Origin: an uncultured Woeseia sp.
Lineage (GTDB): Bacteria > Pseudomonadota > Gammaproteobacteria > Steroidobacterales > UBA11654
Reading direction: 5' to 3'
NCBI GenBank assembly: GCA_964454905.1
Contig: CAYVTR010000005.1
Span: 6,876-70,875, forward strand
Length of the DNA stretch: 64,000 nucleotides
Below, piece by piece: positions 8,081-17,373 of this stretch. Both the position numbers and the translations under genes were made by a program. The notes under the pieces were generated by a model, which was not told the origin of the DNA, did no database searches, and saw only the letters and a list, made by a program, of their open reading frames with translations. Position 1 is the stretch's first letter. Every line of letters begins with the position of its first letter.

Positions 8081-9571
8081 TTATTTATGAGTGTTTTTCG
8101 CGGTCTTTATAACAAAAGACAAAACAATTAACCCCACCGCAATTAACAGATAATACTTAACCATAAAGCCGAACACAGGCGAGATACTGTCTAGTCCAGA
8201 GCCGAGAGCATCGCCGCCCAATAGCCCAGCCAAAACCCCACCAATTGCCGAAGCTGTGAACCACAAGCCAAACATTTGACCAATGTATTTTTTTGGCGAG
8301 TGCTTTGAAAAAGCGGCTAAACCAACCGGCGATAAAGTCAGTTCGCCCCAGGTCTGGAGCAAATAAGTAAGAATCAACCACCTCATGCCAACCGGCGAAG
8401 AAACAATAGCCAGCTCAACAGCATAAAGCATAACCATAAAGCTTATTGCCATTAACACCAAACCTAGCGCAAACTTAATTGGTAGCGAAGGGTTTAAGTT
8501 TCTTCTTGCAAGATGCATCCATGTTCCAGCAAAAATAGGAGCAAAAATCACCACAAAAATTGGGTTTGCAAACTGCAGCCAACCGATAGGAATAATATAC
8601 CCGCTTACTGATAGATCGGTGTAGTCTCTTGCAAAAATGCTTAGAGAGCTAGCAGACTGATCGAAACCTGACCAAAAAGCCGCAGCCCCTATAAACAAAA
8701 GAGCAAGCAAAACAAGGTTCTTTCTTTCAGCACTATTTAGTCCAGCAAAGAAGTATAGATAAAGAAAATAGGTTCCTGCGACAAAACACAAGAAGTAATA
8801 AAAACCCTCAGCAAAAAGTCTAGCGTCAACCGTGTAGAGGCCCAAAAGACCACCAACAATTACTGTAACCATCACAACTAAGCTTGCCTTTGTCCAGGCA
8901 ACTAACTTAGAGCGTCTACTATCTTCTATTGGGTTTGGTGCAGCTCCAGCTGAACCCAAAAGATTTTTTGACTTGATAAATTGTATTACCCCAAAAGTCA
9001 TGCCGATACCGGCCGCACCAAAACCCCAGTGCCAACCAATTTTTTCTCCTAGATAGGAACACACTAAAAAACCTAATGTTGAGCCAATATTAATGGCCAT
9101 ATAAAAAATGGTATACCCAGACTCTCTTCGATCATCATCTTCTCTGTAGAGTTTTCCAACAATAGTGGAAATATTTCCTTTTAGAAGGCCGGTCCCAAGA
9201 ACGACAAAAATCAAGCCTAGAAAAAATGTTTGCTCTAGAGGCAGAGCAAGCGTGAAGTGACCTAAAGCTATAATTATAGCGCCGTATAAAACGGCTTTTT
9301 GATGCCCAAGCAAATTATCAGCAAGCCAACCACCGGGAATAACCATAAAATAAACCATGCCCACGTAGATTCCATAAATAGCTTGAGCTTCAATGCTGCT
9401 CCAACCAAGGCCTGGGTTAAACCCTGTAAGAGCTCCGGTCATATATAAAACCAAAAGAGCCCTCATTCCATAATAAGACATGCGCTCCCACATCTCGGTT
9501 AAAAAAAGAGTTCTAAGGCCAATAGGGTGACCAAAAAAACCTTCGTTAGCGGTTGTGTTTTCAGTGTTCAT
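8081..9571 (-). CDS. dtpT: POT/PTR2 family di-/tripeptide:proton symporter
   Basis: About 496 aa polytopic protein. POT signature FLTEMWERMSYYGMRALLVLY. Start taken at MNTENTT (9571), just after the tatC stop. Confidence 0.85.
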   Translation of the reverse strand: MNTENTTANEGFFGHPIGLRTLFLTEMWERMSYYGMRALLVLYMTGALTGFNPGLGWSSIEAQAIYGIYVGMVYFMVIPGGWLADNLLGHQKAVLYGAIIIALGHFTLALPLEQTFFLGLIFVVLGTGLLKGNISTIVGKLYREDDDRRESGYTIFYMAINIGSTLGFLVCSYLGEKIGWHWGFGAAGIGMTFGVIQFIKSKNLLGSAGAAPNPIEDSRRSKLVAWTKASLVVMVTVIVGGLLGLYTVDARLFAEGFYYFLCFVAGTYFLYLYFFAGLNSAERKNLVLLALLFIGAAAFWSGFDQSASSLSIFARDYTDLSVSGYIIPIGWLQFANPIFVVIFAPIFAGTWMHLARRNLNPSLPIKFALGLVLMAISFMVMLYAVELAIVSSPVGMRWLILTYLLQTWGELTLSPVGLAAFSKHSPKKYIGQMFGLWFTASAIGGVLAGLLGGDALGSGLDSISPVFGFMVKYYLLIAVGLIVLSFVIKTAKNTHK

Positions 9572-9576
9572 GTTTG

Positions 9577-10317
9577 TTAAATCTCCTCGTTGTCTTTGTT
9601 GTTTAAAACCTTGGACAATAGAATGCCACACTCATAAAGCAAGTAAACAGGAACTGCCAACAAGGTTTGTGAAATCACATCTGGGGGCGTAACAAGCATG
9701 CCCACTATAAATGCACCCAAAAAAACATAGGCCCTGTTTTTTTCCAATGTTTCTATCGAAGTTAGCCCCGACCAAACAAGTATAACGGTGGCGATGGGCA
9801 CCTCAAAAGCCACCCCAAACGCAAAAAACAAAACCAACACAAAATCTAAATAGCTTGATATATCCGTCATTACAGAGACTCCTGCTGGAGCAGCAGACGT
9901 AAAAAAACCAAACATTAAAGGGAAAACAACAACATAGGCAAACGCAGCGCCCAAATAAAATAACCCCACGCTTGAAACTAATAAAGGCACTGCAAATTTT
10001 TTCTCTTTTTTATACAGCCCAGGAGCTGCAAAGGACCATAACTGATATAAGACAACAGGCATAGCTAAAAACAAAGCGGCAAACATTGTGGTTTTAAAGG
10101 GTGTTAAAAAAGGTGAAGCAACCTGTGTTGCAATCATTGTTGACCCCTCCGGTAACTTTTGCATTAACGGAAGAGCAACCTGTTTAAACACAACATCTGA
10201 AAAGGGAACTAAAACAACAAAGAAGAGCAGAACCGCGCTGCCAGCCTTTAACAACCTTGAGCGTAGCTCGATGAGGTGTGACAACAGAGTATCTTCTTGT
10301 AACTCTTCTTTGGACAT
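9577..10317 (-). CDS. tatC: twin-arginine translocase subunit TatC
   Basis: 246 aa, six predicted TM segments. N-terminal LSHLIELRSRL and the tatA-tatB-tatC gene order. Confidence 0.92.
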   Translation of the reverse strand: MSKEELQEDTLLSHLIELRSRLLKAGSAVLLFFVVLVPFSDVVFKQVALPLMQKLPEGSTMIATQVASPFLTPFKTTMFAALFLAMPVVLYQLWSFAAPGLYKKEKKFAVPLLVSSVGLFYLGAAFAYVVVFPLMFGFFTSAAPAGVSVMTDISSYLDFVLVLFFAFGVAFEVPIATVILVWSGLTSIETLEKNRAYVFLGAFIVGMLVTPPDVISQTLLAVPVYLLYECGILLSKVLNNKDNEEI

Positions 10318-10322
10318 AGGGG

Positions 10323-10547
10323 TTAATCTTTATCAGGGTCAGGTTTATTGTCTTTTGGTGACATTGGCCTATTGGGTGTTAGTTCAATCTCTTGTCTCAT
10401 TTGTCTGCTAAACGAGTTCACCATGGAGCGAGCCTTGCCCATATAATTTCCTATTTTTAGAGCAACTTCAGGCAACCTGCTTGGCCCCAGAACAATCAAA
10501 CCAAGGGCGCATAACAACAGCATCTCCCAAAAACCAATATCAAACAT
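10323..10547 (-). CDS. tatB: twin-arginine translocase subunit TatB
   Basis: 74 aa. MFDIGFWEMLL...LIVLGPSRLP is a typical TatB N-terminus. Confidence 0.85.
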   Translation of the reverse strand: MFDIGFWEMLLLCALGLIVLGPSRLPEVALKIGNYMGKARSMVNSFSRQMRQEIELTPNRPMSPKDNKPDPDKD

Positions 10548-10553
10548 GTTGGT

Positions 10554-10793
10554 TTAGTGGTGAGTATCTTCGTCGTTATTTGAAGGCTCTTCTTCAGCAG
10601 AAGTAGAGAGTTCATCCCCAATGTCTGATAGCTCTGTCTCTGCTTTTTCAGCCTCTGTCATGCCTTTGCGAAAACTCTTAATTGCGCCACCTAGATCGCC
10701 ACCAAGGTTTTTAAGTCTTTTGGTTCCGAACACCAAAACAACGATTAGAAGCACTATCAAAAGTTGCCATATACTGATTCCGCTTGCACCCAT
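10554..10793 (-). CDS. tatA: twin-arginine translocase subunit TatA
   Basis: 79 aa. [27 protein letters not shown] is typical of TatA. Confidence 0.88.
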   Translation of the reverse strand: MGASGISIWQLLIVLLIVVLVFGTKRLKNLGGDLGGAIKSFRKGMTEAEKAETELSDIGDELSTSAEEEPSNNDEDTHH

Positions 10794-10836
10794 GTGTTTG
10801 CCCCTTAAATGTTTCTATTTGCTTTTCACAATCATA

Positions 10837-11283
10837 TCATGGATTTTTTGTTTCCAATGAAATTGTTATAGGCCCATCATTGATCAAATGCACCTGCATA
10901 TCAGCACCAAAAACACCCTGTTCAATGTTTGGATATGCGCCCTTTAATTTCTTTATAAAAAGCTCAAACAAAGGCCCCGCTTTATCCGGTGACATCGCGG
11001 TGGAAAACCCGGGCCTATTGCCCCTTGATGTGTCTGCCGCAAGAGTAAAGTTTGGCACCACTAAAACACTCCCACCCACCGATTGAACATCTAGATTCAT
11101 GTTTCCAGCACTATCATCAAAGACTCTAAGAGAAATAATTTTGTCGCAGAGTTTTTGAGTAACCGCAGCCGAGTCATGCGACTTAATGCCAAGCAAGACC
11201 AACAACCCCATATCTATTGAGCACACCTCATTTTGGTCAATTACAACAGAGGCGCTTGAAACTCTTTGTATTAATGCAATCAC
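10837..11283 (-). CDS. dtd: D-aminoacyl-tRNA deacylase
   Basis: 148 aa, GTG start. MIALIQRV N-terminus and a NDGPIT motif near the C-terminus. Confidence 0.9.
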   Translation of the reverse strand: MIALIQRVSSASVVIDQNEVCSIDMGLLVLLGIKSHDSAAVTQKLCDKIISLRVFDDSAGNMNLDVQSVGGSVLVVPNFTLAADTSRGNRPGFSTAMSPDKAGPLFELFIKKLKGAYPNIEQGVFGADMQVHLINDGPITISLETKNP

Positions 11284-11359
11284 CAGTTAAAAGTACCACA
11301 ATACTTAAACAATATGATTTACTATCATTAATAATTTGCCAAACAAACCAGGACAGACA

Positions 11360-12424
11360 ATGAAACGAAGAGACTTGCTTATTGGTGCCACAGGACTTGC
11401 TGCTTCGAGTCAAATCAGAGCCGCAAACAAAAAAACCTACAAATGGAAAATGGTCACCACTTGGCCACCAAACTTTCCAGGGTTGGGCACTGGAGCAATG
11501 AGGATGGCAAAAAATATTGAAAAAGCTTCGGGCGGCAGAATCAAAATAAAAGTTTTTGCTGGCGGGGAGCTGGTGCCAGCCTTTGAAACATTTGATTTTG
11601 TTTCAAGCGGCGGAGCAGAAATGGGACACGGCGCTGCTTACTATTGGCGAGGAAAAAGCGAAGCAACACAAATTTTTACAACACTACCCTTTGGTTTAAA
11701 CGCGATGGAATTAAACGGTTGGTTTTATTATGGCGGTGGGATGGAGCTTTATAGGGAACTGTATGAATCTTTTAATTTAAGACCATACCCAGCAGGAAAC
11801 TCTGGATGCCAAATGGGAGGGTGGTTTAAAAAACCCATAAACTCTATCGAGGATCTACAAGGCTTAAAAATGAGAATACCTGGGTTTGGTGGCGAGGTTT
11901 TAAGACGAAACGGCGGGACCCCGGTGGCAATGCCAGGGTCAGAAATATTTACGGCGCTCCAAACAGGAACCATTGATGCAGCTGAGTGGATCGGCCCCTA
12001 CAACGATCTAACATTTGGTTTTCACAAGGTGGCCAAACATTATTACTATCCAGGGTGGCACGAGGGCGGGCCAACACTTGAATGCATTGTAAACAAAGAG
12101 GTTTATGACGGGCTTCCAGAAGATCTACAAACAATAATTGATATTGCAGCCAGCGCAACCAACGATAGGATGCTGGCTGAGTTTATGGCACGAAATGCGT
12201 TTTCTTTAAAACAAATTGAAATGATGGAGGACATAAAGATCGCACCATTTCCAAAAGAGGTTATGGATGCTTTTAAACAAAAAGCAGAAGAAATAATTAC
12301 AGAAATAATTACCAAAGACCCTAGGTTTGCAAAAATATATAAATCTTATTCAGAATACAAAAACACGGTCGAGAAATGGACAAAGATCTCTGAGTATGCG
12401 TTATTAAAAAACAGATACGAATGA
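11360..12424 (+). CDS. TRAP transporter substrate-binding protein (DctP family) with twin-arginine signal
   Basis: MKRRDLLIGATGLAASS Tat-type signal. DctP-like body (KWKMVTTWP, GGELVPAFE, AEWIGPYND). The tracked ORF starts 24 nt upstream at a TTG. Confidence 0.85.
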   Translation: MKRRDLLIGATGLAASSQIRAANKKTYKWKMVTTWPPNFPGLGTGAMRMAKNIEKASGGRIKIKVFAGGELVPAFETFDFVSSGGAEMGHGAAYYWRGKSEATQIFTTLPFGLNAMELNGWFYYGGGMELYRELYESFNLRPYPAGNSGCQMGGWFKKPINSIEDLQGLKMRIPGFGGEVLRRNGGTPVAMPGSEIFTALQTGTIDAAEWIGPYNDLTFGFHKVAKHYYYPGWHEGGPTLECIVNKEVYDGLPEDLQTIIDIAASATNDRMLAEFMARNAFSLKQIEMMEDIKIAPFPKEVMDAFKQKAEEIITEIITKDPRFAKIYKSYSEYKNTVEKWTKISEYALLKNRYE

Positions 12425-13386
12425 AGTTACTTTATTTAACAATGGCTATTTTGTTTGTAACCCCTGTTGGGGCACACGATGAATTATTTCCAAGTTGTTC
12501 TTCAAAGCATCCCACCCATGATATAGAGAACACAAGAGCAACCCCCAAACCTGTTGCTATTTATAAAGAGCCTCCAGAATACCCAGCAGGAAAGCGAACC
12601 AACGGTGCTGTGATATTAGAATATACGGTTACAAAAGAAGGCGAAACTACAGACATAAAGGTGTTGAGCTCATCCTCTGGGGCTTTCTCAAGCAGGGCAA
12701 TAAAAGCTCTAAGAGCATTTAGATACCAACCAGTATTAGTAGAGGGCAAACCTGTTGCTACAAAAGGACTAAAACACAAGTTTGCATTCGAATTCGAGTC
12801 CTCTAAACCCACGTTATTTATGGAGAGTGAGACCCTCGATTTTGATCCTAGCGCTCTTAGTAAATTTATAAAAAGCGTTTCAAGAATTAAAACAAAAACA
12901 GGATTGGAGAGAATTTCAAAAGCACTCGAAAAAGAGACAAACGGTTTTCACAAAGCAGTTCTATATTATATACAGTCCTCAAAAGAGTACGATTTAAATC
13001 CTGAGAACACGAACGCACGAAAAAAGAGCCTAGAACTTTCCTTGGTCGAGCTAAAAACACTCAACCAAGACGAGTACAATGTAATTAACTTGAGATCAAT
13101 AGCTATAGCAGCCCTTAGCTCAGTCCTCATCTTTGAAGAAAAAAACCAAGAAACTATTGATCTTTTAGCGCCCTTTTTAAAAGAGGCGTGGAGCAACAAT
13201 TTCATTAGACCGAAAGTAATTTATGATGCCACTGTTAATTTCTCTATTGCCTCCTATAATGCGAGGGAGTTGTGCTACGCATACAACGGCTTTGACAGGG
13301 CCATACAACAAGGAAATTCGCTAGGCATTAAAAACCCTAACTGGGTCAAGTACAGAGACACAGCAAAACAATATATGAAAGACTGA
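12421..13386 (+). CDS. secreted TonB C-terminal-domain protein with a helical C-terminal half
   Basis: Signal peptide (…VGA/HD). TonB_C-like block PPEYPAGKRTNGAVILEYTVTKEGETTDIKVLSSSSGAFSSRAIKALRAFRYQP. The last ~190 aa are unassigned. ATGA overlap with the preceding gene. Confidence 0.65.
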   Translation: MKLLYLTMAILFVTPVGAHDELFPSCSSKHPTHDIENTRATPKPVAIYKEPPEYPAGKRTNGAVILEYTVTKEGETTDIKVLSSSSGAFSSRAIKALRAFRYQPVLVEGKPVATKGLKHKFAFEFESSKPTLFMESETLDFDPSALSKFIKSVSRIKTKTGLERISKALEKETNGFHKAVLYYIQSSKEYDLNPENTNARKKSLELSLVELKTLNQDEYNVINLRSIAIAALSSVLIFEEKNQETIDLLAPFLKEAWSNNFIRPKVIYDATVNFSIASYNARELCYAYNGFDRAIQQGNSLGIKNPNWVKYRDTAKQYMKD

Positions 13387-13431
13387 TTCATGCTATAAAA
13401 ACACAGTTGAAAAATAGACGAAGATCTCCGA

Positions 13432-14850
13432 ATGCACCCTTTAAAAAAACAGATAAAAATAAAGAGATTACTAATAGTTTTTTTGTTTTTTGTACCAAGC
13501 CAATCATTTCAGCAAACCATTACTGAAAGAGATGAATACAACGCTTTTATATCTTTTGTTGATAAAAAAACCGTAGCAAAAGAAATAAAAAATATTAAAG
13601 CTATGTCTTTGGTGCCTATAGCGTTAGGGGTTAAAGATAATATTGATATTGAGGGGATTTCAAACACAGCTGGCTCCATCGCTTTACAAAACAACAAACC
13701 CAAAAAAAGCGCTTATCTAGCTAAACACTTAAAAAGTGGAGGGTACTATGTTGTGGGAAAAACCAACCTTTCTGAGTGGGCTAACTTCAGGTCCACCCAC
13801 TCAGTGAGCGGATGGTCTAGCTTGGGCGGCCAAACAGTTAATCCTTATGGGGTGAACCGCAACCCATGCGGCTCTAGCTCTGGTTCAGCTGTTGCTGTGG
13901 CAACGGGGTTGGTTAGTGTAGCGATTGGCACTGAAACCAACGGCTCCATTTCATGCCCTGCATCTGTTAATGGTGTGGTTGGGATAAAACCAACTCTAGG
14001 CCTTGTGAGTCGCAGTGGAATTATCCCGATATCTCACTCTCAAGACACAGCTGGACCAATGGGGGCGAACGTGAAAGACACAGCAAGGCTCCTGAGTTAT
14101 ATGGCTGGTTTTGACCCTGAAGACCCAACCACCTCAAACATACCAAAAGACATGCAGTTAAACTTTTCTACAAACCTTAGTAAAACAAGCCTAAGAGGTA
14201 AAACCATTGGTTTGATGTCAGCATCATCAAATGAGCCAGAGGAAAACAGGTTAATTATTAAAGCAAAAACAATTCTAATTTCAGCTGGAGCTAAAGTGGT
14301 TATGTTAACTGATAAGGGGGACTACCCTGGCGAAGAAGAGTATTTTGTTCTTTTGTACGAATTTAGGGAGGGGATAAATAAGTACCTCTCAACCCGTCCC
14401 AACCAAATAAAAAACTTAAAAGAGCTTATTAATTTTAACATTAAGAACAAGAAAACAGTTTTAACCCACTTTGACCAAGACATCTTTCTTCTGAGCGAAC
14501 AGACCAAAGGACAAAAAGAAAAATATTTAGACGCACTAAAAGTTACAAAAACAATCTCAAGAGGGCGTATTGATAGTTTGCTTAATAAAAATGGGCTGGA
14601 CGCTATCGTTGGTTTAACTAGGGGACCAGCTTGGGAGATTGACTATAAGGGAGGAGATAAAACAGCTTCGCAAAAACAACTTTCTTGGGGAACCGGCGGT
14701 TATGCTGCTATGGCGGGCTATCCCCACATCACCGTACCTTTGGGCTTTGTAAACAACTTACCTGTTGGGCTATCGTTTATCTCGTCCGCATGGCACGACA
14801 AAAAAATAATAGAAATGGCCTATGCTTTTGAGCAAGCTAACAACCTATAA
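13432..14850 (+). CDS. amidase-signature family amidase, secreted
   Basis: 472 aa. N-terminal signal peptide. AS motifs KDNIDIEG and GGQTVNPYG...CGSSSGSAVAVATG. Confidence 0.85.
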   Translation: MHPLKKQIKIKRLLIVFLFFVPSQSFQQTITERDEYNAFISFVDKKTVAKEIKNIKAMSLVPIALGVKDNIDIEGISNTAGSIALQNNKPKKSAYLAKHLKSGGYYVVGKTNLSEWANFRSTHSVSGWSSLGGQTVNPYGVNRNPCGSSSGSAVAVATGLVSVAIGTETNGSISCPASVNGVVGIKPTLGLVSRSGIIPISHSQDTAGPMGANVKDTARLLSYMAGFDPEDPTTSNIPKDMQLNFSTNLSKTSLRGKTIGLMSASSNEPEENRLIIKAKTILISAGAKVVMLTDKGDYPGEEEYFVLLYEFREGINKYLSTRPNQIKNLKELINFNIKNKKTVLTHFDQDIFLLSEQTKGQKEKYLDALKVTKTISRGRIDSLLNKNGLDAIVGLTRGPAWEIDYKGGDKTASQKQLSWGTGGYAAMAGYPHITVPLGFVNNLPVGLSFISSAWHDKKIIEMAYAFEQANNL

Positions 14851-14874
14851 CATCAATATAAAAAAGGAATAACT

Positions 14875-15498
14875 ATGAGTTCATCAAACGAAGTTTTTTT
14901 GGGACAAAAAAAATCTATTGCTAGGTTCAACATGGATACAAAAAAAGCAATCTGGAGCAAATCTGTCGAGGGCACTCCTTATATTATTACTACATGTGGA
15001 GACAACATATTGGTCCAAAGCATGAATTCTTGGCAAACAAAAAACTTCCACCAATTATTAAATGCCCACACAGGCAAAGAGGTTTGGAGCACCCAGGATA
15101 TTAAAGGCTGGATAGTTCCCGCATACCACAATGGAGATATTTATTTTTTTAACCACAAGGGACACATCTGTAAACTTTGTGGGACCAAAGGCATTTTGTT
15201 GTTTGAAACAAAATTTAAAAAATGGCATGACACAACACAATATGTGTTGGCTATAGCACAGAATAAAATTTACTTAACTTCTAAGAAAAAAACTTTTGAG
15301 GTGAGCCAAACATCAGGAGAGTGCATAGAGATTCCAGAATTGGCAAATTTCACCCAAGATAATATAACAGCAGCTTGCGGTAATGGGGTTGATCAAATGG
15401 CTTGGGTTTCTGTGGTTGCTTCCGCTGGTTCTGGTGGTGATGGTGGTATGGTAATGGCGGGTGGAGGCGACGGCGGCGGTGGAGGCGACGGCGGCTAA
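14875..15498 (+). CDS. hypothetical protein, weak PQQ/beta-propeller-like repeats, Gly/Asp-rich C-terminal tail
   Basis: 207-aa ORF. Repeated ...TKKAIWSK... / ...HTGKEVWST... blades. No signal peptide seen. The tail is GSGGDGGMVMAGGGDGGGGGDGG. Confidence 0.5.
   Translation: MSSSNEVFLGQKKSIARFNMDTKKAIWSKSVEGTPYIITTCGDNILVQSMNSWQTKNFHQLLNAHTGKEVWSTQDIKGWIVPAYHNGDIYFFNHKGHICKLCGTKGILLFETKFKKWHDTTQYVLAIAQNKIYLTSKKKTFEVSQTSGECIEIPELANFTQDNITAACGNGVDQMAWVSVVASAGSGGDGGMVMAGGGDGGGGGDGG
15460..15495 (+). repeat. perfect 18-bp tandem duplication (GGTGGAGGCGACGGCGGC x2), locally very GC-rich
   Basis: Direct reading gives 15460-15477 identical to 15478-15495. It encodes GGGDGG twice, immediately before the stop codon. 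Confidence 0.9.
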
Positions 15499-16871
15499 CC
15501 ATATATTTGGCTAGGTAGCCACGTTACTAGGCCAGGAAAAACAGCTATTAAAACAAGCATCAGCAGCTGAATCAACACAAACGGAAGCACCCCTTTGTAA
15601 ATGGATTTTGTTTCTATTTCCTCCGGGGCAACACCCCTAAGATAAAACAAAGCAAAACCAAACGGCGGAGTTAAAAACGAGGTTTGTAGGTTAATCGCAA
15701 TTAACACCCCCAGCCAAACCGGATCAACCCCTAGAGCTAGAACTATAGGCGCAACAATAGGCACCACCACAAAAGTAATCTCAATAAAATCAAGCACAAA
15801 ACCTAATAAAAACATGGCCAACATAACAACAATCAAAACACCAGTCACACCCCCTGGCACCGAAGATAAATAAGTCTGTACCAGCTCATCCCCCTCGTAC
15901 CCTCTAAAGACTAGCGAGAAGATTGACGCCCCAATTAAGATTAAAAACACCATGCTTGTCAACTTGGCAGTTTCTTGACAAACATCTTTTAAGACACCAA
16001 AAGACAGTTGTTGTTTTGTTGCTGCCAACAACATTGCACCAACAGCACCAACACCGGCTGCTTCAGTGATTGTTGCGACCCCAAAAATAATTGACCCTAA
16101 AACCGCAACCATTAAAAAAAGAGGTGGGATTAATACCCAAAGCAAACTTCCCGGTGATTTTTTCTCATTACCCTTGAGTTCAGCCGGCGGCATCGTTTCC
16201 GGTTTTAAAAAAGAAATAAAAACAACATATAACATATACAACAACACCAAGCCCAACCCAGGGATAATTGCACCAACAAACAAGTCACCCACCGAGACGG
16301 TTTCTGGCGAATAGATGCCTTGTTGTAGTTGTGATTGTTGAAAAGAGGAAGACAAAACATCACCCAACAAAACCAAAACAATAGAGGGTGGAATTATTTG
16401 ACCCAAGGTTCCAGATGCGGCAATCACGCCAGTAGCTATCTCGGGGTTATATCTTCGCTTTAACATGGTTGGCAAAGACAAAAGACCCATGGTAACCACG
16501 GTCGCCCCAACAATGCCGGTGCTAGCAGCCAACAACATACCAACCAGAACCACAGCTAAGCCTAAACCACCCCTGTAACCTCCAAACAACGAACTTAGGG
16601 TCTCTAATAAATCCTCAGCCAGTTTTGATTTTTCCAAAGTAATTCCCATAAACACAAACAAAGGCACAGCAATAAGCGTTTCGTTGGTCATGATTCCAAA
16701 AAGTCTGCTTGGCAACGCACTAAGGTAACCCACCTCAAAATTTCCAGTGATCAAACCAACACCAGCAAAAAGCAAAGCAACACCAGCTAAAGTAAAAGCA
16801 ACCGGGTAACCAATGAGCAGGAACAGGATCACAGTAAAGAAAAGAAGCACTGCTTCAATCATTGCGACCAT
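15495..16871 (-). CDS. dctM: TRAP transporter large permease (DctM)
   Basis: 458 aa polytopic protein with DctM-like composition. Immediately follows and overlaps a DctQ-like gene. Confidence 0.88.
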   Translation of the reverse strand: MVAMIEAVLLFFTVILFLLIGYPVAFTLAGVALLFAGVGLITGNFEVGYLSALPSRLFGIMTNETLIAVPLFVFMGITLEKSKLAEDLLETLSSLFGGYRGGLGLAVVLVGMLLAASTGIVGATVVTMGLLSLPTMLKRRYNPEIATGVIAASGTLGQIIPPSIVLVLLGDVLSSSFQQSQLQQGIYSPETVSVGDLFVGAIIPGLGLVLLYMLYVVFISFLKPETMPPAELKGNEKKSPGSLLWVLIPPLFLMVAVLGSIIFGVATITEAAGVGAVGAMLLAATKQQLSFGVLKDVCQETAKLTSMVFLILIGASIFSLVFRGYEGDELVQTYLSSVPGGVTGVLIVVMLAMFLLGFVLDFIEITFVVVPIVAPIVLALGVDPVWLGVLIAINLQTSFLTPPFGFALFYLRGVAPEEIETKSIYKGVLPFVLIQLLMLVLIAVFPGLVTWLPSQIYG

Positions 16872-17367
16872 TACCTATGGATTTGAAGGCAACAACCAAA
16901 CCCTGCATAAAAAGCAAAAGACCAGTCAATGGAATAGTTGTTTTTAATAAAGGCACAAAAGGGTAGGCTAACCCCCCAGCATCTTTAGAGGCTTCTTTTG
17001 TTACCCAAGAGGCTTCAACATAATCAAAAGAGCCAAAGACCAAAAACAGTGAGACCGGACACAAACAAAACAAACTCCCAAAAAAGTTAATGCGATTTTG
17101 GGTGTGTTTAGACCATTGTCGATAAAATACATCAACTCGCACATGAGAGTCTTCGCTCAGCGCGTAGGCAGCAACCAACAAAAACACCATCGCGTGCATC
17201 CAAGTAACCAGCTCTTGAAGCCAAATCCAGCCGACAGAAAACACATACCTTAGGACCACCACCCCAAAAACGGTGACCACCATTACCAACAATAACCAAG
17301 AGACGGTTTTACCAACAGAAATGTTAATTTTATTAAAGGCGAATAAGACCTGTTTTATAAGGACCAT
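16855..17367 (-). CDS. dctQ: TRAP transporter small permease (DctQ)
   Basis: 170 aa, four TM segments. 17-nt overlap with dctM. Confidence 0.8.
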   Translation of the reverse strand: MVLIKQVLFAFNKINISVGKTVSWLLLVMVVTVFGVVVLRYVFSVGWIWLQELVTWMHAMVFLLVAAYALSEDSHVRVDVFYRQWSKHTQNRINFFGSLFCLCPVSLFLVFGSFDYVEASWVTKEASKDAGGLAYPFVPLLKTTIPLTGLLLFMQGLVVAFKSIGNGRND

Positions 17368-17373
17368 ATAGAA

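Noticed and set aside
15421-15498. The Gly/Asp tail considered as an RTX calcium-binding repeat, a GlyGly-CTERM sorting signal or an encapsulin cargo tag.
   Set aside because: It has no GGxGxDxUx nonapeptide periodicity. It lacks the TM helix plus basic tail required for GlyGly-CTERM, and it has no encapsulin-type GSL-like motif. I kept it only as an unexplained repeat.
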